Source of the DNA: Podarcis gaigeae
Lineage: Eukaryota
Strand: one strand, 5' to 3'
DNA: 64,000 nt
Assembly (NCBI GenBank): GCA_964106915.2
Contig: OZ066929.1
The translations under genes and the position numbers were made by a program. Every line of letters starts with the position of its first letter. The first letter of the stretch is position 1. The notes beneath the pieces were generated by a model. The model had not been told where the DNA came from, ran no database searches, and saw only the letters and a list, made by a program, of their open reading frames with translations. Below, one piece after another: positions 38,378 through 50,815 of the stretch.

Positions 38378-41300
38378 GGAGGTTATTTTTTTCTTTAAAG
38401 TCTCGGTCCACAAATCCAAATGTGTGTGTTGCAGCACACAAACAAGCTTCAGGTCTCTCTTGGCCAGCAATGTGCAGGGAGGAGGTTGTGAGAGCAACCC
38501 CCCTCGTAATAGTAATGACTGCAGACTTCAGAATTTCTATACAAAATATAGAGCATTTTATACATAGCTTGCATGGGACATGCTGCAAGGATATGAACTC
38601 AAAAGAGGAATTTCAAAAGGAAGCAGGACATCTCTCGAGTTTGTGTAAAAATCAGGCATAGATTATGTTGAGGAGAAAAACCAAGGACTTCTCCCTACTT
38701 TTCAGTCTCAAATACAGCCTTCCCTAACTTGATGTTTTTGACTACAACTCCCATTAGCCACAGAAGCTGTAGTCCAAAATACTGAGATGCACCCAGTTGG
38801 GAAATACAATTGCCCCCATTATTCCATGAATGATTAATTTTATTTCAGGCCTATTTTGTACCTCCCCAATGCTCCTCATCCTTATGAGGGGACAGTACAT
38901 GTGGAGCATATCTACATGACAAACTTTCATACGATTTAAGCACTATATTGCTGCTTAACCCCAAAGACTCAAGGGATCTGTAGTTCAGATCGTGAAGAGA
39001 TGCCTATATACTTTCCTGTGGTTCTCTGGTGGTTAGAGTGTGACGGCCCCTAAGGCAGTTTTACATCAGCCTCAGCCATGTAGATACACCTTTGGTGTAA
39101 CTGCAGAAACAAAGTAAAACTAGGTGTTTTGTAGAAAGAGGACAACACTGATATGAAAGAGTGGTGATAGTCTTAGGAAAATGCAAGCGACAACTTCAAC
39201 CTTAATGCTACAAGACTGAGGCTGAAACCCTGCACCTACTTTGGATAACTAAATCCCACTGGGGTTCACAGTATTAAAACAGCCCAATAGTATGTAGGGC
39301 TGCAGCCAACCAGAGCCCTTAGGTCTTTCCTGAGGTGACCCCCTGAACCAGGGTATTCTTTGCTCCCTCTCGCCACCACAGCCACATTTCTGCCAAGAAG
39401 CCTGTCTGAAAAGGAAGAACTGGTGCAATTAAACTGAAGTTAAGTTGTTGAGAAGTGAGTACAAGTTTGAACTTAAAAGCATAACACTTCCTGGGGGAAA
39501 AACAAACCACTGGACAATTCTTCTCTGTCTCTTTGTTTAGTAAATATAATTCCATGCTGCCTTTTCGCAATCTACTAAAATTCATGCAACAGAAAAAAAC
39601 AGTAATTCCATGAGGAGAAGGAAGTTTTTCCTTTATCAGGGGTGAGGAACCCTGTTTCTTCCCATTTAGTAATAAGCTCTCACCTCCAAAAGCCAGCTCT
39701 GTAGTCGCTGTTCTGAAGGACAACAAGGATTGCACTCTGAATTGCTAACAGCAGACATGGATTCTAATGAGGGCAGGGTTTAGAAAGGCACTACTGCACT
39801 TTCTGTACACTGAGGGCATTGGGAAGACCAACAACACAGAAAACACAATCAGTACAAGAAAAGAGCTGGCAAAATATAAAACCATTAGGAATCTGTAATA
39901 CCTTCATAGTAAAGTAAACCTAGTAATGGGAGCCACTTGGGGTGGTGGCATTAACAGGATGCTGTACAAAACCTGCTAGCGTCCTCTAGAAAAATGGGTA
40001 AAATACAGCTCAGCATGTGTGCAGAAATATACAGAGGGGAATAATACTTGTGCTGGTATAAAAATATACACCATCCTTGAACAACAGCAATGCAAATGGA
40101 TACAAAATAATTCCAAAAAACAGGAACAAGTTTACAAAAAGGACATGTTTAAAATCTATAAAATGATAAAAGCCAAGTTTTCCTTCAAATGTCCAGCCTC
40201 ACATGAAAAAGGACACGAAACAGGCTGACATACAGAAACGTTCATTCAGAGTGCTGGTGCATGCACCAGAGACATGCAGGCCTGCAACCACCTTCAACGC
40301 ACAGGACTGTGCTGGATGGAAGACGAGATGCAGATACATGGAGTTGGACTGGTGGAGGCAGCAACCTCTGGTAGCTGGAGTGATATTCCTGATTTTGCCA
40401 CTCACCATCAGCTTTTCAGTTCAGTGATGCCATGTGTGCACTTACCAAGAGGCACTCCCTGCACTCCCCAGTTCTGCGTTTTAGAGCATTGCTGGAAACA
40501 CAGAAAGTCAATATCCAAGAAAAGCTAAAAAGTATCATGTTACATGAAGCAGTACTGATTGCCGGCTGGAGTACCAGGAGACCAAATTTGGCATGTGGAG
40601 AACAGGTGTAAGCAGCAAGTGGATGCGTCCCAAAATGATGTGTAGGTGTGCCCCAAAGACTCTTACTTAAACCTACTTATTTAAACTCCACTGACCTTAA
40701 GGGCTACAATTTCTGTCCAAGCTTTATTATGCTATGAAAAGTGTGTGTGTTATGCTTGAGAGCCAGTTCATGCAGCTGCCCTGCTCGTGGTGCCTGCTGT
40801 GGCTCAGAGAACTGGGTAACTCGTTCTCCGCAAGCACACACCACCCGTTTTGCACGCCACACTTGAAGAGTGGTCTGAGTGGCGCTGGGCAAAACTGCAG
40901 ATTCTGCTTGAGGCAAACAAGCCAGTTGACCCCACCTTCATCAAAGGGAAGGGAACCTCCATGGGCAGTAGAGGAAAAAGACAGTCACCACAAGGAGGGG
41001 CGATTGTATTCAACAGTTTTAAAACCAGGGGACCAGAGAGGTTATGTGCCTGATGCCTTGCTCCCTTTCGGCTTTCCCGAAGGTAGTTTCACACAGTCAC
41101 ACACTCACACTAGAAAACTTGCAATGAGACTCACATGAAACAGTTCAACGTGCATTCCACTGTCCAACCAATTAAAATAAGTAGCATTGAAACAGCAAAG
41201 TGGGATCTCAGTCTCACATGAGTCTCAGCACAGGCTGATTGGAAAAAAACTCAGATGGTGATGGGAGAAAAGCAGAGTCACGAATTCTTGACTTGTGGAA

Positions 41301-42169
41301 GAGGACAGAGAAGCCCCCTTTCCGAGGGACCCACATTACATTCCCCTACTGTTTGGACTGGAGTTTAAGAGAACAAAAGCATGGACTGGACTCTCTTCTG
41401 CCACTTGATCCCTGGAGAAACAAAGACGTGGACCTTTCTGTGGCCTCCTCTGCCAAAACGAAAGCAAGAGGGTGACAAGGCAGTTGAAGGAAAGGGCAAA
41501 GAACCCTCCTCACCCATACCCCCCCCCAAGCAATCCAACTATCGTTTCATGTCCCTCAAGAGTTCCATGATAGGAGAGCGAAACAAGAAGAGCAGAAGCC
41601 GACACCCCAACCCCGCTCTGATGCTGCCAACTCATGATCCAACCCACTTCTTTCTCTCAAGAAAGTCTTGTTGGCTCCCGGTGCTGTCTGGCACAGAGTC
41701 ATTTGGAATGATTGGCTGGCGAGAGCTTTCAATATGGAGAATGTAGCTGTGACAGCGCTGCCTGCCTCCAGAGGACAGTTTCTAAGTTTCCGCCATTAAG
41801 TGCAAGGTTCCTTGTAATACTGTACGTCTCCCAATGAAAATGCTCTGGATACTCTGACAGCAGGGGGAAGGGGAAGCGGGGACAAACACACCGTTAAGGC
41901 TGACAATGACTGAAAAAGAGAGGAGGGCCACTCCCTACACCATGGGACCTTCAAACAACGCAACATTTGGCCATGGAACTCAAGTGCCATACATCCACTT
42001 CGCTTGTGGCAAAACGTTATACCCGTCATTTTGCAGAGAAGTCCGTTCCTTCCTTTTGGCAGTTTCGAGACAGATGCATCTCAGTTCACACACTTTTTGG
42101 TCAGTATCTGGGAAGTGCAGCAGACCAGTGGTGGGGTCGCCCAGGAAAGAGAGTTCGGGTGGTCTCCGA

Positions 42170-45100
42170 TTAGTTCTCCCCATGGTCCTCTTCCACCCAT
42201 GCCACAATCTTTCCCTCCCACCCAGGAATGATATCGTCGTCATGGAAAACCTGTGAGAAAAGCAAAACGAGAGAAACTTGCTAACAAAATGAGGGTACGT
42301 GCAGATGTTCCATTGCCAAGAGTCCCCAAGGCTAGCGGTTCTTGCAAGTTTGAGTGGGTTGAAGCTTCTTCTCCCTAAGCACGTCTCAGGATGTGTTTTG
42401 AACGGCCAGCTGCTGGCATGGCACAGTGGCTAAGAGAGCCAGCTGCACGTCAGGAGTCCTCAGTGCAAATGTTATCTCAACCATAAACCTACCAGGTGAC
42501 TTTAGGGTAAGGATGGGAAACCTCAGACCCAAGGACCAAATGCAGCTCCTCAGCCATCTGTATTTGACCCTCAGAACTCTCCTCAGTCCCCACCCCTCAG
42601 TATCTCTGCTTTGCACCATCCTGAAGTGTCTGGGGGCTAGTGCAGGACATGCCTGAGCTCTTATAATGCCTCTTGCTTGCATGGGTGGAGGAGAGAGAAA
42701 GAATGTGTGTGCATGCGCAAACTAGCCTGCTGTTGCTCTGCCCATGCCCACCCCTGGCATGCGGCCCTTGTAAGGCTGTCCAGGAGGGAATGTGGCCCTC
42801 AGGATGGAAAAGGTACCCTATCACTGCTGTAGGGCAAGCTGCTCTTTTCAACTCTGTATCTGGATTACTATGAGAGATCGAAAGGCCACCCTCATGTTGA
42901 TAGTCAAATGGTTATCCCAGTGAGCCCCAACACTATTAAAATTTTTCCTTTTCACAGGCTGATCCTGAGACACGATGACATGCCCATGCCCTCACACGAT
43001 GAAGCCCATGGCAGCAAGGGGGGAGGTGGGCCTGAGCCCAGCTCCTCCAGGCACAAGCCCAATTCTCTGTTCACCGCACTCAGATTCACCTGTGAAAACC
43101 GAGAGCCAGAAAGTCACTCCTTTGTAAGGTGCAAACGGATTATGTTGCACATTCTGGGGAATCTCACAAGTTTTGCACCAGAAGGCTTATTCTGCAAGCT
43201 TGCAGGATGATCAGGGCCTTGTAAGCTCAGAGAAATTGCAGGTCCTTGCCCTACATGACGGCCTAACCTCCTTTAGCTATTACAGTGGCATCACCCAAGC
43301 CAAGCGCTGCAGAAACCTGTCCTTACCAGCCAAATCAAACAGGACAAGTTCCCAGATCTTTGGCACTCTTATTGGTTGAGTGACATTCATCAGCAGATTT
43401 GTCTGGAGACTTCACTTTCTGCCTGTAGCTCTGTAGAGGGCGGCTGCTGAATAGTCAGGTTGCTTTTATGCAACATTCTTCAGTTGTACTTTAAGGTTGA
43501 ATGACACCCCACACCTGGGCCAACCCTGGCCTTTCTGCCCCGGGGCTTCCACGCCACAGGACACAGGCCAAGCATGAGCACACAGAGATGAAAAAGAGTG
43601 ACCACACGATTAGGGATGGAGGAATATGTCAAATTCGGTTTCTCTCAATTTCCCATTTTTCCAACCTTAAATTCAGTTCTCCTCATTTCTGCAGCAATTT
43701 GAAATTATTTTTTAATCCTCATGCAAATTGGTCAATGGTTTAGGGCAGGTTTCTCCTAATAAAACACATTTTTGTACGCACTTTCCCCCAATATATTTTG
43801 AAAGCAATTACAACTAATGTAATGCATTTTTGTAATTTTCACTAATTTGTGACTTTCCCCTAATGCATGCATTTTTTGCACATACTGTTTGGTTGGAAAG
43901 CCTCCATCGCAAAATTCAAAGAAGTTCAGATTTCAAAGGATAGCTGTGTTTCAGTTTGTGTATTAGTTCGAGAAGTGTTAATTAAAAAGTCTCTCATTGG
44001 GATGCAAACAAAATCGAACTTCTCCTCCATTCCCATCCCCACGCACAACCAGCTGCCATTTTGCCACTCTCTACAAGTGGGCATGTCACAGTGGGCTCAA
44101 GTCCTAATGAGAGACTGTTACATACCTCCTCTTTTACTGTGCCAAATTCTGGATCTAGGGCTTTGAAGTGGTAGCGATGTGTTCCTTCCCGATCAATAGC
44201 TGCTTTGAAGTCCCTTAGAGTCACCTCACCTAACCTGCACAGACACAAGAGTAGGAGAGAGGTAGAGCCAGTCTCACTGCCAGCTTATGGCATAAATAAC
44301 ACAGGGCCCCATGGGTGCAGCGGCTGTTGCAGTGCATGCTGGGAGAAAGAACATCCCCACAAAGGCACAAATTCTGACTTAAGTCCCCCCATGACAGCCT
44401 CACCTCTTTGGTATGTTCACCATGAAAGGTGTGAGGGAGCGATCCGTGAAGTAGAGCACTTTGGTGCAGGCACTGCTGCTCATTGCAGGGGTGCTGTGAG
44501 AATGAGGCAGTTCTGCAAAGACAGACGGACTCTGTTAAATTATAGCCCTCCAACTCTAAAAGAGAAGCTAGAGAAAGAAAATGTGAGAGATCACCTAACA
44601 TCAAGGGCTAGTGACCACACCCTGACAGAAATCTCTCTCTCTCTCTCTGTTTGTGTACACACACACACACTTCACACCTCTACAGAGTTTGTCACCAATA
44701 GCATTTAGGGACAACACCAGTGGACTAGACCCCAGGCCACACAACACCTCTCCCACAACAGCATCATCCTGCTTGCAGCCTCTGGAGTCACTGGCAATAA
44801 TCCAGCCAATGATAAAATCAAGAATTCTGTTGTTGTTTTGCAGTCTCAAAGCACAACTCCTGCAATGCCTCCACTGGCCCCAAAACCAACACCACTATGT
44901 GGATAAGCAGAGAATTGGCACAGGGAGAAACTGCAGGCATGCCTGCCTATCAAGGGTTACACAGCACATACATCTCTCCCTACTTTTGGAATAGTCATGC
45001 AGGTGTACATCCCTCATGCTACATCTATGCTATTTCCAACAAACTGGATGTGGGAGGAAGGTTTGGGATTCAACAAGCCAATTTGTCCAGGAACATGAAG

Positions 45101-48100
45101 TAGCTTTATTCCTATCTGCCACTGCGCACAACTCACAATCTCCAGTATAGGTAGGGGTGAGCATGGATCAGACAGGTACAGATGCCAGCAATGCCTGAAC
45201 TTCCTGGAAAATGCTTCGGTCTAAAGGCTTGGCTTATTACCAGCTCAACATTTCTCATAATACAAAACCTCTTCTGTTTTATAGATGCAATGCAATGATG
45301 GCGGGGAAGGAAATGGTCCACCCAGAATGACATAAGAGATGGATATGAGATGCCCGTTTTTTAAAAATCCAGCTGCAATGACTGGGGAGCAAGGAACCAC
45401 TGCCAACTGTGACCACTAGATGGCAGAACCTGTTTGCGGTAAGACACTGCAAGGCCTCGGAGAATAAGGTGGTGTTTTCTGCTTGGTGTTAAGAGTAAAT
45501 ATTAATTGGAGTTGTTCATTATTTATGGTGCAGTAGTGTCCAGAGACCGAAGCAGTCTACTTTGTGCCAACAATTGCACCTTGGCAAGCTCTTAGTTCCA
45601 AGTGAAGCTGCTGAAAGGAACACTCCAAGGCAAAGGGGCAAGTAGGAGAGTGAGCAGGTCAGGGGTGAGAGTGAGGAGGAGCAAGACCTGCCCAGATTTC
45701 CAAAAGCATCCCTGCTAAACAGCCTCTGTTCCAGAGTATCTGGCAGCCCCTCCAGATTTATTCTGCATTTGTCCCAATTTGCACAAAACTTACATCGAGG
45801 TTAGACAAATGAGCATTTGTTCTGATTTGTCTACGGGGCAGTATTATTATTATTATTTGCTTATTTATACCCCGCCTTTTTTGCCCTAATGGGACTCAAC
45901 GCAGCTTACAGATAAAAACAAGAGTTGCTAAAAACATAGAAAGAGCAATAATTAAAAAAACAATTAAACATGAATAAAATTATAACTATATACACATATA
46001 AAACCTGTTCAAAGCATACAAATAATTACAATAAAAAATGCACAGCACCAGTCCTTTCAATAAAGCAGCCAGTTCCCAAAAGCCTGTTGGAACAAGAGGC
46101 TCTTCACCTGCCAATGGAAGAACAACAAGGAGGGAGCCAGTCTAGCTTTTTTAGGGAGGGAGTTCCACAGTCTGGGAGCCGCTACCAAGAAGGTTATGCT
46201 GGTATGTTAATGAACATTCATCAGAATTCGCTTGCAAGGTGTTTACATGCCTTCCTATTAATCATTTGTCCACCCTACACTTTCCAGAGATATTTCCCCG
46301 TCACTTTCCTAACCACAAAAGGTCCATTCTTTTTTTGGAAGTGGAGTGCTAGGGCGACAAGAGCACTTGAATGCACTTGAACGGTGCAAATCTGCTTTTC
46401 TGGAATGTAACTGAATCCCTCCCACAAAATACTGACAGTCTAGACCTGAAGCAGGAGATTTCTGTCTGGAATGAGAGAGCGGTCTTGGAACTGCACTCAC
46501 TGGAGTTGGAGGGCCAGGACTCTCGGTACTCGTTCGTGGCGTGGCCGGCAGGTGATTTTCCTTGGATCTAGAGGGGGAAACCAGAAAGACACTCTGTTCA
46601 TGCTCATAGGCACATTATTATTATTACTATTAAGATTTCAGGACTGAGCCCTGGCATCACAAATAGGTTCTGGGGTTGAGGATCCAAGGACAGGAATGAC
46701 TTGGAAATTGTCTCCTCTTGTTGCTCCTGGAGAGTCTTGGAGAATCTACTTTAAAGCTCTGACAGAAGGGCCTACTTTTACTATTCCAATGCAGGGCAAC
46801 CCTTTACCGGTCTTTGCATCGCTGAGCTGAGCAAACATCACAGAGGCTCAGGAGACTTGAGAGCTTGAGAGGCAAGCCAGGCTTGCCTGCCGAGTAGCAG
46901 CTACAAACGCGAGGGGCTCCATCTTAAAGGTCAGCGGAGAGGAAAACAACAGATGGGTTAAACTGATTAAAGGACCATGCGCAAGTGTGCGCACCAATTG
47001 GGACAAAGGGAGCATGTGCCGCTGTAATGTCAGCAAGAGCCTGCTCAAAAATGACCCCCACCAAGGACAGCATCCAGTGATGTGAGTGACTGAAAAGCCC
47101 TACAGCAATGGCAGCACCTGGCGGCCCTTTAGCCGTTTCACAGCTTGTGACGAAGTCACCCTCAAGGCTTCCTAGAGGAGGAAGGTCCAGTGGGAAAGCG
47201 GCAAGAGGCCTGTGAAAGGAGGGAGGGCGCAGCAAGCTTGTGAGAGTCAGGAGCAGGAACCAACACTCCCATCTCCTTGGACATATTTGCCTGGCGTAAT
47301 ATAGCCCAGCTGCAACTAAGCCATGAAGCCTGAAATTCACACACCACAAAACCTAGATCAAAGCCAGGACTCCCAAATCCCAGACACATCCCAGACAGTG
47401 CCTGGGAAAAGCATTCATTTTTGGTGGAGCTAGTGCTTTAGGACAACACGCATCTCTACGTCCCCTACCTCAAGAATCCCTCCAGGGTGAATCAGGTGGC
47501 TGCAAACTCCCCCTTTGTCACAATGCAAGTCTCAACACATAACTCTCCCTGTTGCTCCCTAGCCCTTCCTTGGGCACCGATGCTTCCTCCATTTTGAATT
47601 TAAAGGATGGCTCTAGCTCAGCTCTGAAGCTAAAGCAGCCGTGGCTGTGAAGTAAAGGATTTACAGGTCTGTGCCATCCTTTACTGCCAAGTACACTAGG
47701 GAAGCCATTCTCCCTTCTCACTAGATGAAGTGATTTTGGAAAATGCAAATAACTCTATACATAGATCCCTCAGGAAGAGAATGGGCTACAGAAGGCATTA
47801 ATTAGGCCACTGAGCTGTAGCAACGAAATTTCCCCCTAAGCAGCCTTGTTACGGCTGGTCCCCCAACTCCCCACGGGCCTGCACTCTCACCATATTAATT
47901 TACAGCATTTTTAACAGTCACGGTTTACCCCTAAGAATCCTGGGAACTCTAGTTCCTAGCACCTTGAGAAACCCAGGATTCTTAGGGGGAGGCCACATGC
48001 TTTAAATGTATGGCATGGAACTCCCCTACAGGAACTCTCACACAGTGCTTTTTCTAGGACCCCAGCAAGTGCACATGCCCTGAACTTAGCCTACACTTGC

Positions 48101-50778
48101 TGGAGCATGCATGGCAGAAGGAGGGGGTCATAGCAGAGATGATGATGATGATGATGATGATGATAATAATAATAATAATGTACTTTATTACCCCCTCTTC
48201 ACTGTAAAGTGTCATGGGCACATGGTCTGTCCATGCAGGGCAAAGGCGCTTACACAGCAGTGACTCCTCCAGGCCCCATGTGCAGGTAAACCCACAAGCC
48301 ACAAATGGTGCAGAAAGAGGCAGCATCGCCCCAGCATGACCCAGGAGCGCCTCTTACCCTCCTCTCTTGCCTCTTCTGCATCTCCATGCGGTGCAGTCTC
48401 TCCATCAGGCTGGAGATGCCCTGCTCCAGGCTGTCGATGGTATGGTGCTGGGGGTCGTGGCCGCTGAAGCTGTTCCGCAAGCTGCGCAGGGCCTCGCGCA
48501 CCAGCTGCAGGTCGTTGGTCTGTCCAGGAGATCAGAAGAGATCAGGAGGAAGCAAGCCTGGCTTCTCTGAGAGGCTCTGCCCTGCAATACCCCTGAGCCC
48601 TTCCAGCAGGTGGCTTGCAAAGCCTCCATGGAGCCCCAAGAGAAGGAGAAAGAAGTAACTTACCCCTCTGTGTGCTGTAGAAGCAGCTCCTTTTCCTGAC
48701 GTCTGCAGGAAGCCGTTGCTCTGAGAGCCGTGATTGCTGTAGACTATCACCTGGTTGGCATGAAAGAAAGAAAAACTTTTGTGGCCACAGGAAAGGAGAC
48801 AGAGCTAAGAATGGATTACAGACCCAGCCTCATTTGCCACCATATTCTGGGGGTCTTCCAAAGTGAAGGCAGAAGATTTATAGAGGAGCGAAGTCCATTT
48901 TTGGAAGCACTTTCATGAAGCGGTTCTGCAAGTTTGTAGCAGAAACCAGCTGCACATTGTGTTGATTGGCTGGTGTCCATGCTGTCACCACCTCCCAAAT
49001 TCCCAGAGCAGTTTTGCACTTTAGATGATTTTTTAAAAAATAATTAATAATGCTTCAAATCAGTACATGTGATATTTTTTTTTAAAGCCAGAGAATCCAC
49101 CTTCATTTTTAGGGGTGGTCTCACAACAGAGCAAGTGTTCAATTTGCTGATATGCACATCAGTCATTTCAGTTTCAGAGCTAGGTGGTAGCTAAGCTCAA
49201 TCCTCAACTCTTTTTCTCTTTTCTATTACATCTGTTTCCATCCAATGCTGCTGCTGCTGCTGCTTCCAGTCTAACTGCAGTGTAATCAGAGCTTACTATT
49301 ATTATTATTGTGCTGTAACAGCAAAAAGCCACACTTGCAAAAGGCAAACAATGAAGTTCTGCTGCTGTTTCACACACCTCTTCTGCATCCTTCTTCATAC
49401 ACTGAGCCAACAGAGCTTCTTTGTGCTCCAGCTCTCGCTCCAGCTCCGCCTGCATACAGAAGAAATGGATCAGCAAGCAACACAACCAAGAGGCCTGGGA
49501 CATGAACGGGGACTGGTGGCGGCAGCAGGGCAGGGGGTGGTGCCGGTACCTGGTGATAGCTGGCCTCGGAGAGCTGCCGCAGCATCTCCTCCATCTTGGC
49601 CTGGTGCTGGTGCAAGTGCCGATCCTTCTGGCTCAGCTCCTTCTGCAACACAGTGGGAATTGGGGTCATCAGCAGGGGAAGGAGGCTTGCACTGGATGGG
49701 AGCAAAGTTGGGGGCAAAGGTCAGCACAGGCCACGCAGCTGTTGCTACACGGCTTTCTTCGGAGAGGAAAGATCAGCTGGGCACCCAGCACACTGGGCTG
49801 CCTGGATAATGGAGAGACTCAGTAGCACAACCCAGCTACAGGTAAGGGAATAGGAGAGAGGCAGAATTAATAAGGGCACGTGAGGAGGATTTCCCAGTTA
49901 CACTGCAGGAGTGACCTGGGCAGTATGTCCCCTCCCAACCCCAGAGAGGAAGGAAGATTTCCTTACTTTGTATTCAGCGAGAAGTCGATTCCGCTCTTCC
50001 ACTTTCCTCTGTAGATCAGCCTGCATAAGAAACAACTGAGTAGTGAGCTAGGTGTGCTGTTTGTACCCCCTGGCTCTGGAGACCCAGTGCAACACTCCAC
50101 AAAATGTGCCAACACACACACACACACACACACACAGGCCCCTGTTGTTCCCTAGCCCTTCCTTGGGCACTGACGCTTCCTCCATTTTGATTTTACAGGG
50201 TGGCTCTAGCTCAGCTCTGAAGCTAAAGCAGCCCTGGCTGTGAAGTAAAAGATTTGCAGATCTGCGCCATCCTTTACTGCCAAGTACACTAAGGAAGCCA
50301 TTCTCCCTTCTCACTAGACGAAGTGATTTTGGAAAATGCAAATAACTACATACATTGATCCCTCAGGAAGAGAATGGGCTGCAGAAGGCATTAATTAGGC
50401 CACTGAGCTATAGCAACGAAATTTCCCCCTAAGCAGTCTTGTTACGGCCGGTTCCCCAACTCCCCGTGGGCCTGACCTCTCACCATATTAATTTACAGCA
50501 TTTTTAACAGTCACGGTTTCCCCCTAGGAATCCTGGGAACTGTGGTTCATTCCTCACAGAGCTTCAATTCCTAGCACCCTGAGAAACTCCAGTTCCCAGG
50601 ATTCTTAGGGGGAGGCAACATGCTTTAAATGTATGGCATGGAACTCCCCTACAGGAACACAGGAAGTTGCCTTATGCCTGCACACAATTACCTGTGCACT
50701 TATCCCAGTATTGTTTACTCTTGACTTGTTGTGGCTCTCTAGGTTTTGAGGCAGAGGAAGGCCATTCACATCACATGG

Positions 50779-50815
<37 letters not shown>

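Noticed and set aside
47518-50341. Two similar ORFs MHFPKSL... suggesting a duplicated small gene
   Set aside because: They come from the intronic duplication, use TTG starts, diverge at the repeat boundary and show no coding hallmarks.
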